Part shown: positions 36,696 to 50,202 of the stretch, piece after piece
How positions within the stretch are numbered: position 1 is the first letter of the stretch
How the letters are laid out: each line of letters begins with the position of its first letter
Source of the DNA: Octopus bimaculoides
Lineage: Eukaryota
Assembly (NCBI RefSeq): GCF_001194135.2
Contig: NC_068990.1
Coordinates: 25,219,060-25,283,059, forward strand
Length of the DNA stretch: 64,000 bases
Direction of reading: 5' to 3'
Position numbers and translations under genes: made by a program
The notes under the pieces: generated by a model
Told to the model about the DNA's origin: nothing
Database searches by the model: none
What the model saw: only the letters and a program-made list of their open reading frames with translations

Positions 36696-37060
36696 GGTGT
36701 GGCTGTGTGGTAAGAAGCTTGCTTCCCAACCACATAGTTCTGGGTTCATTCCCACTGCATGGCACCTTGGGAAAGTGTCTTCTACTAGTAGCTCAGATCA
36801 ACCAAAGCCTTGTGAGTGTATTAGATAGAAGGAAACTGAAAGAAGCCTGTCACATGAGAGCATGTGTGTGTGTTTATCACTGCTCAATAACTGGTGTTGG
36901 TGTGTTTACCTCCTCATAACATAGCAGTTTAGCAAAAGCGATCAATAGAATGTACCAGTCTTAAAAACAAAAAAATAAGTTCCTGAGTTGATTCATTTGA
37001 CTAAAAAGTTAAGGTCGTGCCCCAGTATGGCCACAATCTAATGACAAACAAAAGATAAAG
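36696..37060 (+). mobile_element. SINE family A, full length
   Basis: GTGGCTGTGTGGTAAGAAGCTTGCTTCCCAACC head and tail. Confidence 0.85.
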
Positions 37061-37227
37061 GAATTAAGGCAATATATAAGAATTACCGATTTAGTAATGC
37101 TCATGTATTATTAGATCAAAAGGAAGAATATCCAGGTTTGAGAATGGCAGGGAAGAAAATGGTAAGTCAACATCACAGAAAGAATATAGTTTTTTTTTCT
37201 TTTCTTTTGGGGGCTAAATTTACATAT

Positions 37228-37330
37228 GAAATCTCAAGCTTGTTGTGTAATAAGACCAGCTGGCCAGTTTCAAGGTGTGAAAACTCAGCTTTACAGTGTA
37301 ATAAAACCAGGTGGCCAGTTTCAGAATTTT
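37228..37330. repeat. Tandem duplication, 51-bp period
   Basis: GTGTAATAAGACCAGCTGGCCAGTTTCA at 37245 and GTGTAATAAAACCAGGTGGCCAGTTTCA at 37296. Confidence 0.85.
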
Positions 37331-38427
37331 GTAATAATGTTAACTTCAGGAAAGGATGCTGAAAACGTGGACTGGCAGAAAAGATAATGAAGAGCCGCAG
37401 TTGAAAGAAACCCAATGTTTTTTTTTTTAATTTCCATCTCATAACACATTTTCTTTTTTGTAGAGATTTTTAAAGAGTAGGAAATAGTTTCTACAGAAGA
37501 CATAGCTAGTGGTATTGTTCAAACATTCACAAAACAGCTAGTTTAATGTGAAAGGAAAGATGTTTGTTCTTTCCTTCATTTGTTCGTTTTATGTCCATTT
37601 TACCATGCTTGCATGGATTAGACAAATATGTTAATTTGAGGCATCATTTTATAGCCAGATGCCCTTCCTAACACAAAAATTGATGTTTTTCAAGGGGTCA
37701 ATTATTCCATCTGGCTCTAAAGGAACAGTGCCGAAGTAACTGGCAACAACACTGCATGTTGCACTTTTGTACAAGTGATCGCAGATGTAAGCAAACACAC
37801 ATAACCATGCATGTCCAAACACACGCACATGTGCGCACACACACACACACAAATAGTATCTTTCACTTTCCAGCTACAAAGAAAAAACAATCACATCCTA
37901 TATTGTAATTTCAAAGTTACAAGAGGACACATGGTTAACCCTTAAGAATTTATAGCTTTTATCATTCCAAAAAGGAATTATATAACTTCAGCTTAATCTC
38001 AGTGCAATTTTTATCAGGTGACCTCTTCAAGATTTACATAAAACTGAAATCTTGTTCCAGTTAAGGTTAACTTCTCACAGAATATCTTAGTACAAATGTA
38101 AAGATTTACTTTAGAATTTCTCAGAATCACTTAAATGATTTTTGAGAAAAGAAAAATTGGTTTAGAGACAAGATGGTCATGAAGTGGAAAGATCTTGATG
38201 CTTCTATTTATTTACAGACACTTGAGTTTGTTTGTTTTTTTAGTTCAAGTGGCCATGATGCTAAGTGCTGAGAGTTAAAAACTATTAAGATTTACACATT
38301 TACAGGAAACGTAAATACCAGGCCTTGTTGCTGGCAGATTTGTAAACACTTTCACTCAAGGTTCCCAGGTTTATAAAAGGTGACACTCACATTTTAACAG
38401 ACTGATTACATATACATACATGCATAT

Positions 38428-38492
<65 letters not shown>

Positions 38493-38504
38493 NNNNNNNN
38501 NNTG

Positions 38505-38975
38505 AATGGATTTGGTAAATGGAAACCGAAAGAAAAGCCCGTCATATGTAAGTGTGTATGTGTAGACACACACATTATATTATATTATATATATATACAT
38601 AAAATCACTAACATCCACTTTTCCATGCCCACATGGAATTTTGAGACATTTTCTACACTCAGATGCCCTTCCTGCCCTTCCTCTCACCAACTCTTACTTG
38701 TTTTTAAGAAGGTACTATAAATATGTGTGTATCTGTGTGTGTGTGTGTGTGTGTGTGTTTGAATATGCCTTTATCTTGACATCATGTGATGGTTGTAAAT
38801 GAGTATCACCATCATATAAGCAATGTTGTTTGTTGCCAGTCTACACGTGGGGTAGTATTACCTTGCTTGGAAACAGCTAAGAGTTGGCAACTAGAAGAGC
38901 CTCCAGCCATAGGAAATCTGTCTCAACAAATTCTGTCTGACTCGTGCAAACATGGAAAGTGGATGTTAAAATGAT
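38505..38975 (+). mobile_element. SINE family A body fragment and RTE-type tail
   Basis: GGATTTGGTAAATGGAAACCGAAAGAAAAGCCC; tail ends GCAAACATGGAAAGTGGATGTTAAAATGATGATG. Confidence 0.65.
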
Positions 38976-39223
38976 GATGATATACTTATATAAAGTTTAC
39001 TTTCTGAAAAGGGGTATTGTTAGGGTCAACAACAGAAATTTCAAGTGCAACAGCAATCTGCCACCAGATGCAAGATGCTTGCCTCAATTTTGACACATGT
39101 GGGAGTTAAGAGATTTTTTTTTTTTTTCTGAGGGGAAAATACATGTCAAAAGAAGGAGATGAAACAAGAATTTCAACACCTGAAATGATATTGCCATTTT
39201 TGCCTGCAACCAGATATTTTCCT

Positions 39224-39455
39224 TTAATTCTTTAGCATTTAAAGCTGGCTATATTCAGCCCAAATATTTTTCCTGATCAAACTGGCCAGAATCAGCCTCT
39301 CACATAAATCATACAATGTCAGTCTTTGTGTGTGTGGGGGGGGGGGGCCCACATCACATCCTTGATTGAAATTTCAAAGCTACAAGATAACATGACTAGA
39401 TCAAAACAATATAGATAAATAAGCACTACATTTCATCTGAATGCTAAAGGGTTAA
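39224..39455. mobile_element. piggyBac-like MITE family 2
   Basis: TTAA|TTCTTTAGCATT ... AATGCTAAAGGG|TTAA inverted termini; second copy at 44334. Confidence 0.75.
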
Positions 39456-39619
39456 TCTAGCACAGCTAAGAAAAGATTTGTTCTGCGGTTCCTCCTGGCT
39501 TTTAAAACAAAAAGTGCTCCAGGAATACTTACATTTGTCTCTGATAAGAAATCACTATTGTTTTAACCAGAGAATTCTCAATTTTATACTGTATGTATGG
39601 CTTTTATAATGGTTAATAT

Positions 39620-40024
39620 CGGTTTGCGAAGATCTATGGAGGCAAGCGAAAGCAAAACCATCAATGGCACTTGTGCCCAGCATCGCCTTCCTGGCACTTG
39701 TGCCAGATGGCACGTGTAAAGACATTTGAGCAAGATCGTTGCCAGTGCCGCCGAACTGGCTCCTGTGCAGGTGGCATGTAAAATACACCATTTTGAGTGT
39801 GGCTGTTGCCAGTACCACCTGACTGGCCTTCGTGCCGGTGGCACGTAAAAGCACCAACTACACTCTCGGAGTGGTTGGCGTTAGGAAGGGCATCCAGCTG
39901 TAGAAGCTCTGCCAAATCAGATTGGAGCCTGGTGTAGCTATCTGGTTTCACCAGTCCTCAGTCAAATCGTCCAACCCATGCTAGCATGGAAAGCAGACGT
40001 TAAACGATGATGATGATGATGATG
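39620..40024 (+). mobile_element. RTE LINE 3' UTR with internal repeated modules and (GAT)n tail
   Basis: Collinear with the UTR that follows the RTE ORF at 56.2-56.85 kb; ends CCCATGCTAGCATGGAAAGCAGACGTTAAAC(GAT)n. Confidence 0.85.
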
Positions 40025-40424
40025 AATACTTAGCTATAAACAGCTAAGTAGACTGAGCAGACAGTGTTAAGTGTTTTGGCTATGATTGTACTACACTGAG
40101 AAAATAGGAATAGTTAACTCTTTTGGCCAATGTTCAGAGACCTTAGAGGGTCTGTTGGTTGCCACCTTCTCCTGATCAATACCACTAAACCTTTTGTTCT
40201 TTCATTATTGACAATATCAATCTATTTTGGCAGATGCCAGGCTATTTTGGCACAAATAGTTGTTAGAAGATCTAAATATTTTATCATGTCTTGTTGGGTG
40301 AAACAGGACCAGGTTCAGATCCTACCAATATTGAAGTTACAGAAGATCAAAACACAAAGGAAGAGCCATCACTTACAATAACAGACTCTTTGAAAGGATT
40401 CTGTCAAAGGAGAATGAACATAAA

Positions 40425-40665
40425 CCAATAATAATGAGGATTCTGATAATGATAGTAATGATCATTATGACAATGATGATGATTATTGTAATGAAGATTA
40501 TGACAATGATAATTATGAGAATTTATAAGGATAATGATGACAATCATGGCAAAGATGACAAAAGCAAAGATGATTATGACAGTTGTGACAGTGATGATAA
40601 TAATGACAATTATGACAATGAATGACAATTATGATGATCACAATCGTGATGATAATGAAGACAAC
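40425..40665. repeat. Degenerate (GAT/AAT/GAC)n microsatellite
   Basis: Directly visible; explains I/M/T/D-rich ORFs. Confidence 0.88.
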
Positions 40666-41095
40666 AATATTTTACATAGATTAAGATACACAACTTTGAA
40701 AGTGTCAATGTTAAAAGTTGAGCCAGGAATTTCTCTTCAAACATTTATACAAAATAGTTGCTTTGACACAAAAAACCTTTTTTTAATGAGCGAAGTTTAT
40801 AATTTTCAGCACTGATTGCTTACAGTTAAACAAGAAAAATTTTAATTTTGTTCAACAATAACTTGCAAGCAAAGAAAACAATAAAACTATTGATAGCCAC
40901 AAACAAAATTAATATAAGACTAGGATAAGTTTTATTATGTTATTATTAAAGAATGAGAAATTACATGGAAATAAAAACAGACAAATTTGCAGGGGGATAT
41001 TTATTTCATGATGAAATCAAAGTGAAATATAGTTCACCTGGTTTTTTTAAAGCTTATTAAGAGATTATCTAATGAAGAAGATTAAGCTTATGAAC

Positions 41096-41136
<41 letters not shown>

Positions 41137-41501
41137 ATACATATATATATATATATGTATGAACAACTCTACAATCACATTCACCCACACACAAAATAAA
41201 AACAAACTTAAAATCAGAGATTAACTGCACAAGATAAATAAGAAAACTGTACAATTTCTGATTTGGATTAAGACCTTAACAAAACTCCACTTAATAAATA
41301 TTAAGAAATAATCAGTGAAACTAAAATGAAACAAATCGTCACATCAGCTGATTAAAGATTACTGAGCTACAGAAACCAAACAATAACAGGCTTTAAAGTG
41401 TTTCACTTGAAAATATCAAATAATGGCTGATAGTGAGGAGATGGGAAACAAACCAAACACAAAAGAAAAAAATATCTAGGGATGATTCAGTTGACCTAGA
41501 C

Positions 41502-41801
41502 CAGGGGTTCTTAACCCTTTATCTATGGACTCTTTTGATTACTATTTTATTCTGGTGAACCCCCATAGCCATTCGATGTTTAAAAACTAGTTTTATAGAA
41601 ACCTCTTTCAAAGTTCCTATTTTGTTTTTCACACATTCCCTGTGTAGGTTGAACTATGTAAAATGTTAGAGAGAGAGAAATCTGTTTCTTACAATATATA
41701 CATCTAAAAAATTTTTCAGGAGTACTTAAAATACTATTGTGGATCCCAATAATCTTATATGGACCCTCAGAGGCCATATGGACCCTGGTTGAGATCCACT
41801 G
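41502..41801. mobile_element. hAT/Charlie-like MITE with 8-bp TSD
   Basis: TIRs CAGGGGTTCTTAAC / GTTGAGATCCACTG; flanks ACCTAGAC / ACCTAGAA (7/8, central CTAG). Confidence 0.82.
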
Positions 41802-43142
41802 ACCTAGAATAAGGTTCAGTGGCTGAATGGTTAGTCATACTAAGATTAAGATTTGATAATGCATGTATTATACACACATTCACACATTATTAAATCAGCA
41901 GGAGTTACAAAGTGACTTGAGAGCCAAGAGCTCAGTGAATGGACACATAATTTGCTCCAGCATGGGACAATCTTGAGTCAGATTGTAACTTCTCAAATTA
42001 TTAATAAAAAGTATATGTATTCTCATGTCTAGAGTTCTATTTTCCTAATGTATCACCAACACACACACACACACACATAATCTTATAAGGCTTTGATTGG
42101 CCTAGGGCTACCAGAAATTCTTGCTTAAATCAACTGTCTCCAATAAAGGTGAGTGTTTCAACTCAGCATATCAAAATGATAAAATGATGATCAATTATAC
42201 ATACTGCCTCTTGTGTAGAGCTTCAACATCTTAGAATACCATTTTACATTAAGTGCACTTTTCCCAACAGGGTGGCCATGAAAAGTGGAAAGTCTTTAAC
42301 CAAGAACACTTATGCTGGCATAAATATCAGTGTTGACACTTTGGTTGACATCTTCACAACCTAGTTACATAGAGCCCTTTGGGGAAGCTTTCTCAAAAAG
42401 TTCACCGATTCCAAGAAGAATGTCTGACTTATGCGAATTAAAGAGTAAAATCTATAGTCATGTTGTACAAGATTCCACAGAAAACCCCCTTGTATTTTAC
42501 ATGGCCCTTGTGGTGGTGTGAGTGAAATTACACAGATGATAAGCATGTCTTCAAGAAGCTAATACTTTACCAATATTTTTTTTAATTTTGTTTTTGTCCT
42601 GTTACTATCCTAGTTTGAACCTATGCATTCTGCTGTTGAAATGTTTGTCAACATATAAAATGTGGTAGTTTTGTTTTGTTTTTTTCTTTGGGGGAGTGGG
42701 GGGTGCACCCATGTATGTATACATTACCTGGATTTTCTTAGTAGTTTCTTTTTACTATCTCTCACCTGTCTCAGGTCTTAACTTTCAGTAATCTCATCTC
42801 TTCTAAAGTAGCTTTCAATCTTTCATTTGAGGAATTCCATAGCCTACTTTAACACCCATTAAACTCACTTTCTCTTTTCTGCTAATTCTTCCAACCCAAC
42901 TTACCATTTTAGTCTCACTTCATGAAATTCAGCACCACAATCAACAAGATATCCCAAGGTTGAAATATTTTGCCTCAATGTACTGAAATATTATGTCTGC
43001 TTTTTACATACCAGAAAATTCCATTCCAAACAGCAGAATTTCTAAATTTCTTCCAGTTAGCCAAGGTATTGTAGTGCTTAAATACAATATAACATCTACC
43101 GATGCCATCTGTCAACACTAATTAATATTTCTAAGGTAGTTT

Positions 43143-43330
43143 AAGGCAGCAAGTAGGCAGAATCATTAACATGTTGGGGAAAATGCTTACAGGCATTTCT
43201 TTCATCTTTATGTTCTGAGTTCAAATTCTGCTGAGGCCAACTTCACCTTTCATCCTTTGGGGGGTCAATGTAATTGATTTACCCCCCTCACCCCAAACTT
43301 ACAAGCCTTGTGACAAAAATTTGAAACCAA
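43143..43330 (+). mobile_element. SINE family B
   Basis: GGCAGAATCATT...GAGTTCAAATTCTGCTGAGGCCAACTTCACCTTTCATCC. Confidence 0.82.
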
Positions 43331-44333
43331 TATTTCTATGATAGTTGAACTGGTTTACTGCAAATATTTCCAGTAAAGTTTCTTGTCACATTCTGTCTAG
43401 TACTGAAGATGAAACAGGCCCAACTAGAATGAAATTGCATTCTTTATGATCTCTCAGAGAGTGTAAATCCAAAATTGCCTTAGAGCAAGGCCAGAAATAC
43501 TCTCTTACAGATAATAAATTCATTTCTTTTAAAGTGTGTTCAGTTATTTTCCTTATACACAAAATGACAAAGGCGTACCATTGTTTTAGTTATATCTTTA
43601 CTCATTTGTTTTTACATCTGTTTTTCAATGTTTGCATGGGTTAAATGAATATGTTATATTAAAGTATCATCTTACAGTCAGATACTTTTTTTTGACACTA
43701 ACACTTACTTGTATTGCAAGTAAGGGATATCTTATTCCTCACAGTTTTCAGAGCATAAAACATGCAGATGATTTATTGACAGAAATGCCAACAACAACAC
43801 TGCTCAAATGTCCTATCTTTCATATAAAGGAATGCAGGTGTAAACAAACACACAGATTGTTTTGAAATTCAATTCAACAATCTACTAGTGAGAAAAATGT
43901 AAAAAAACTTTCTTCTCAAAAATGATATGATTTACTTTTTGGCAGACATTTGTCATTATAAACCAGAAAGTCAGACACAATAAGCTCTGGACAAGACATT
44001 TAAAACCCTTCTGAGCTTAATCTTCCATGTGTGTCCTCTCAATCTAATAGTTTTTTCTTTCTCCTTGAATGGAAGGCTTTTCTACAGATTTTACATTCAT
44101 TTTCTGAAGTATGCCTGAATGAAGAGCAGCATTTATAAATTTAGACATATCTGAATCTTGTTGAAGCATGAAATGTTTCAATTCAATGGATGTCTTATTT
44201 TTAATTATTCATCCACAAAAAAGAAACTGTTTCATTTATTTATAAAATAAAGTAGCGTAATGGTTTCCCCCTGAAGACACCACAGAGTGACAAGTAAGAC
44301 TGGAACTCCTGACCACATTAGTAATTTATTACC

Positions 44334-44565
44334 TTAACTCTTTAGCATTTAAACCAACCAGAACCAACCAGCCTAAATATTCTGCTTGTTTTGTGTTCAA
44401 ACCAGATAGACCTGGCTTCTCACGTCTACTCTGCAATATCATTCAAAAAATACCCTATCACATCATTGAAATCTCAAAGCCATGAGATAATGCATGATTA
44501 ATTCAAAATAATGTGAATAAATAAGCATTACATTTGACAGAATAATTTGAATGCCAAAGGGTTAA
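44334..44565. mobile_element. piggyBac-like MITE family 2
   Basis: TTAA|CTCTTTAGCATT ... AATGCCAAAGGG|TTAA. Confidence 0.78.
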
Positions 44566-44649
44566 ACTCAAAACTACTAACTCTACATTTGTCACTTCAT
44601 TTTTTCTCCCCTATTTCTTCTACCTGACACAGATAGACGGGTTTTGTAA

Positions 44650-44790
44650 AATCAGATATTTCAACTATATTCGACAAAGTCACGATTAGATACCCTTTCT
44701 GCTGTTAATCACAAAACTGCAAGGCTAAGAATAGAAGCTACCCTAACTCAAGACAGAAGGCACATATTTAAGCTAAGAGATTAAAAGGAA
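44650..44790 (+). mobile_element. Possible degenerate LINE reverse-transcriptase fragment
   Basis: DISTIFDKV and LLITKLQG resemble RT DISKAFDKV...LLHKL. Confidence 0.3.
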
Positions 44791-45709
44791 ACATTGATCT
44801 GTCTGTAATTCAAAGTTTTGGCTTACCACCAATCACTTTATTTCTTTAGTTCAATCAGTAAAGAAAGAAAACAATTCTTGGAAATAAAGAATCTTAATTA
44901 TTTTCACTTAATTTTACAGGAATATCCAGAATTCCCCACCCCATCTCTTTGATGATAACTCAAAGATGATACTAATTAAAATATGATATTCTGCTTCAAG
45001 AGATATTAGAATTTTTCCTTGATATTCCCAACTTTAGATGTTTAATTTGAACCAATTGACCTTATCTCTACAATAGGTACCACCATCCCTTCTTATCCAG
45101 TCCTCAAGGAAAAGAAGTTGAAAGAGATGCAATGAAGTAAAGAAACCATTGTGACGACTAATTTTTACCAACATAATTATTGATTTCTTTTAACAAGGCA
45201 GAAGGCCAATTTTGCTGAGAGATTTGAGTTAATTAGGCATATCTTCTTCGTTGTTTCACTTCCATTTTCCCATGAGAGAATGGTGCTTTGGTTATTACAG
45301 CTGGATAACCTTGTTATTATTTTAGTCAACCATGAAGCTCAAGTAGAACCTGTTTTATTCATCAAACAAATAAAACAAGAGGCATGATCATAGTTTCCCT
45401 AAGGTCACAGCACCATGGTTGTAGTACTGTAGCATAACCATGTGGTGAGTAACTCGTTTACTATTTCAGTTAGTGGTACTTATTTTAGATAGTACTATAT
45501 GGGTCCATTAGCAGTACTTGGTTGACATTGTGGTACTTATTTCAGGTCAAGGAACATATTTTATCCCATTGGCTCAGGAACATAAAACTTTAAACAAGAC
45601 CAGTGTTTTGCAAGGTGAAACCCACACACACACAATATTGTGGTGGGGGCTTGGGACTTCAGAATAGAGTATGGGATCGCTGGAGGGATGGATAGGTGTG
45701 TTTGTGTGT

Positions 45710-45965
45710 ATCATGTGACTGACCAGGCTATCAGATGTTGTTAAACATTGCTGGTCACAATGCGCTTATGCATTGTTTTAGCCTTCAAATGACAGCACCC
45801 CGCTGGCTAGGCGTGCAGGTCAACAATCCCCACTGATCGAAGGGGGGCTGGAGCAATGTGAAATGAAGTGTTTTACTCAAGAACACAATGTGACACCCAA
45901 TCAGGGAACTGAACCCACAATCTAACAATCGTGAGTGCAACAGCCCAACCACTAGGCCACATGCC

Positions 45966-45967
<2 letters not shown>
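45710..45967 (-). mobile_element. SINE family C variant
   Basis: Minus strand TGGCCTAGTGG A box, GGTTCAGTTCC B box, TGTGTTCTTGAGTAAAACACTTCATTTCAC core with a different 3' body. Confidence 0.75.

Positions 45968-46044
<77 letters not shown>
45968..46044. repeat. Long perfect (CA)n microsatellite
   Basis: Directly visible. Confidence 0.97.
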
Positions 46045-46048
<4 letters not shown>

Positions 46049-46067
46049 ATAATAACAGTAACTGTTT

Positions 46068-46510
46068 CTAGCATAGACACAAGGCCTGAAATCTAGGGGG
46101 CAAGGGAATAATTAATACCATCAGGCCCAGTACTTGACTTTATTTTAACAACCAAGGAAGGATGAAAAGTAAAATTGACTTCAACAGGATTTAACCTCAG
46201 AAGACAAAGGGCAGTAAACCATGTAAGGCCTTTTGTTTAATACTCAAATAATTCTGCCAATCCACTGCCCTATTATTTATAGTAATAATAACAGCAATCT
46301 TAGGTGGTAATAGTAATAATAATAATAATAGTCCTATTATATGCAAAAGGCCTAAATTTGGGGGAGAGATTAAGTTGATTACATCGACCTCAGTGCTCAA
46401 CTGGTACTTATTTTATCAACCATGAAAGGATGAAAGATAAAGTTGACTTCAGCAGAATTTCAACTTGAAACATAGCAATGGATGAAAAGCCAGTAAGCAG
46501 TTTGCCACCC
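46068..46510 (-). mobile_element. Two SINE family B copies separated by (TAA)n
   Basis: ACAAGGCCTGAAAT...GGATGAAAAG and AAGGCCTAAATTTG...GGATGAAAGATAAAGTTGACTTC. Confidence 0.75.
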
Positions 46511-47371
46511 TAGATAATAATAACAATGATGATAACAATAATTATGGTTTCTTGCATAGGTGCAAGAGCAGTTCTTTTTTTTACAGTAAAATGGTATAGA
46601 CAAATAAAGTAGCATATTAGTGGTTCCTTATTTTAAAAGAATTAGAGGGAATGGAATAGCAAATATACCAAGATGTGAGCTCAAAATGTCGAGAAATGAG
46701 CTTAAATTAATTTGGTGAATTAACACTTCTACTAATTTGCCGATAAGGATTTCTTTGCTAGGGGCACAAAGCCCTTTTTTTGTTCAGACAATAATCGTGC
46801 TGACTAACGGTATATAAGTGGCTATCTTTTTACAGGGGCCAACAGTATTAAAAAGATATCAAGGTATTTAGATAGGAGTATAAAATTAAATCTCAAATAT
46901 TTAGTCTGGTCTTTCTAATGCATTGATCATCACCATCTACCTGGTGTTAAATTATTCAAGACTTTGTTGAATTATTAAACAAATAACACAGGAAAGATAC
47001 AAAAATCACTAACAAATGTGAAATATCCCCAGTTTTGAAAACAGGAATAACCACAAGCCAGAGACTAACAAAAACAATAATAACAAGACACATGCGTGAA
47101 AACACATGCACACAAACACATATTCAAGACAGTGGAAGCATGTGAGTTGCTGGTAGAACAAAAACCATAACAAAAAATTTAATTTAAAAACAAAAACTTT
47201 AAAAAAAAAATGCTGGACATTTTCTTAAGCAAAAGTTGAATGTCAAGAGGCAAGACAAAAGTAGAACAAAAAATAGCTTAAAATAAATGTAAAACACTAT
47301 AGAACATTTTTTTTTTTAACGAACAAAATGCTGCAACGTAAATCCTAAATTTGCAGAAATTCAAGAAAGCA

Positions 47372-47408
<37 letters not shown>

Positions 47409-48074
47409 CTTAAATCATCACAACAACAACAATAGCAACACCAACAGCAATAGTAAAAATAAGAAACCATGCTAGCAGAATCACTAACCTGAGAGAATCT
47501 CCAATGCTGCATGTTATTGGAAGTAAGTTGAGACCACTGTTAGATGAGATATTAAGGTTTTATCTCATTGATATATGTATAAATATCAATAACAACAATA
47601 ATAGTATCAATGCCATTAACAACATCGTAAAAAAATTATTCAATTACCTATTTTTTTTTTTTAGAAATTTACCAGAAAAGTGGCACAGAATTGGTGGGGA
47701 GGGGGAATGTAAAAGAAATCAAATTTTGGTGACAAAAAATTCTTGGCAGAAGGAAACAATTACCCCATTTCTTGCACTTTTCCTCCTCTATGAAGAGATG
47801 ATAAGAGCTATTCCAAAATTCCACTGATCAGAAGTTACACCTGTTTCATAAGACAGGTGTAATAGTAAATATTTACCATAAATTGAATGCCCAGATTAAT
47901 AAAATATAAAACAGATCACATCAAATCCTACAGTTTTGATACAACTCTGTGAAGATTACTTGAAGAGTGATGTATGTGTGTAGGTATATTATGTGATTGT
48001 GTGTGTAGATGTGAATATGTTGATATGGGGATGAATATGAGCATAGGTTAACTAAAATATATCTATATGATAAC

Positions 48075-48395
48075 TATCATCATCGGCTTTGCATCCATTA
48101 TTCCATGCTTGCATGAATTCATTGAGGTGGATTTGTTACAGCAGGATGCTCTCCCTGCTGCCAACCATCACCTGTTTCCAAGCAAGATAATGTTTCCTCA
48201 TGTCTAGACGTTTTTCTCTGAAGGCTGGAAACAAATATTTGTATGACAGTGACACTCATTTACAAACATCATGTGATATCAAAACAAGGAGACCCCCCCA
48301 CACACGCACACACACACATAAGCTTCTTTTAGTTTCCATCAAATAAATCCATTTACAAGGCTCTGATCATTCCAAAGGTAAAATCAAAGACACTT
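48075..48395 (-). mobile_element. RTE-type tail plus SINE family A body fragment
   Basis: CCATGCTTGCATG...CACCTGTTTCCAAGCAAG; AAATCCATTTACAAGGC. Confidence 0.65.
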
Positions 48396-48714
48396 CTGTA
48401 TCTACTGAGTATCTTTACTTTCACCTGTACATCCAAATAAACATACATGTATGCATGAAAATGAGTAAATATATAAATATGATTCGTGTTGTTTTTTTAC
48501 ATCTATTTTTCCACAGTAGCAGGAGTTGGACGAACACAAAAAAAATAATAGAAAATCATCTGTATTTGTATATCTCATTATCAATATTCTATATAAATAT
48601 TTGTCTATTGAAATAAGTTATAGGCAATCATTTTAAATTGAAAACGCATTAACTGAACAATTAATGTAGGCTTCAGGTTCTGCTCTTGGAACTTTTTTTT
48701 TTTTTTTTTTTTTT

Positions 48715-49342
48715 NNNNNNNNNNNNNNNNNNNNNNNNNNNNNNNNNNNNNNNNNNNNNNNNNNNNNNNNNNNNNNNNNNNNNNNNNNNNNNNNNNNNNN
48801 NNNNNNNNNNNNNNNNNNNNNNNNNNNNNNNNNNNNNNNNNNNNNNNNNNNNNNNNNNNNNNNNNNNNNNNNNNNNNNNNNNNNNNNNNNNNNNNNNNNN
48901 NNNNNNNNNNNNNNNNNNNNNNNNNNNNNNNNNNNNNNNNNNNNNNNNNNNNNNNNNNNNNNNNNNNNNNNNNNNNNNNNNNNNNNNNNNNNNNNNNNNN
49001 NNNNNNNNNNNNNNNNNNNNNNNNNNNNNNNNNNNNNNNNNNNNNNNNNNNNNNNNNNNNNNNNNNNNNNNNNNNNNNNNNNNNNNNNNNNNNNNNNNNN
49101 NNNNNNNNNNNNNNNNNNNNNNNNNNNNNNNNNNNNNNNNNNNNNNNNNNNNNNNNNNNNNNNNNNNNNNNNNNNNNNNNNNNNNNNNNNNNNNNNNNNN
49201 NNNNNNNNNNNNNNNNNNNNNNNNNNNNNNNNNNNNNNNNNNNNNNNNNNNNNNNNNNNNNNNNNNNNNNNNNNNNNNNNNNNNNNNNNNNNNNNNNNNN
49301 NNNNNNNNNNNNNNNNNNNNNNNNNNNNNNNNNNNNNNNNNN
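48715..49342. other. Assembly gap (N run)
   Basis: Continuous N preceded by poly-T. Confidence 0.99.
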
Positions 49343-50132
49343 ATGTTGTTGTACTTGGGGATGGTCATATTGCCAGTTTAGCCAATAATGTATGAATATG
49401 CCAGGGAAAAGATGAGAGGGAAAAGACCAGCCCCACAAATAATTCAAAGGTTCAGGTATGGCAACATTTAACTTCACACTAAACATACCTGGACGAAGAG
49501 GGGGGAGAGATAAGGAGGAGAAAGTTATGAGAAGGGGAGAGGGAAGAGTGTGAGGTGTATGTAAGCCTGCATGTGTTTGTTTTACAAAGTGCAATCACAA
49601 GCTATAAGGTCGACAAACTGGTAAAGTTAGCTAGAAACTAGTTGAGGAGTTGATGAAGGGTCCAGATAAGATACCTTAGGAATGTTGTACAGGCAGCAGT
49701 AGAAGAGAGGATGGTAGTGGTGGTGATGCTATGTAAACATAAAGAGGTGAACCAGAAAGGATAGACTGTAGTCATTAATTAACTTCTATACAGATCTCGG
49801 TTAAATGTCAATGTATTTCAAAACAAATCCTGGTCAACCGCCCCCCACCACCACAGACTGTACAACTGTTGTAAGGTGATGTTAATGCAGTTTGGTGATT
49901 AGCTGCACCACCATAATTAACACTACCACCACCATCACAAACACTACTGCCACTATCACCCCCACACCGATCACCAAAACTACCACATTCACTTCTACAC
50001 AACTGACATGACTACTATTACTGCCACCACCACCACCAAGTAACACTGCTGTCACCACATTCAATACTATGACAGGTACTCCCATTGCCATCCTTCTGCC
50101 ACCACCCCACCACTATTATCAGTATGTATGTA

Positions 50133-50189
<57 letters not shown>

Positions 50190-50202
50190 ATTATCATTAT
50201 TA

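Noticed and set aside
37118-37164. Plus-strand exon candidate ending ATG|GTAAGT
   Set aside because: Poor acceptor, no partner exons, no recognisable peptide
39533-39540. 8-nt minus-strand segment between CAG and consensus GTAAGT
   Set aside because: Frameshifting length, short pyrimidine tract, stop just upstream in the phase-0 frame
42330-42521. LHGPCG peptide resembling Helitron Rep MIHGPCG
   Set aside because: Six-residue match amid stops; no other Rep motifs
43632-43865. ORF with HADD, RT-like
   Set aside because: No other RT context; chance
48605-49594. ORFs of 231-329 aa
   Set aside because: Length comes from the N gap
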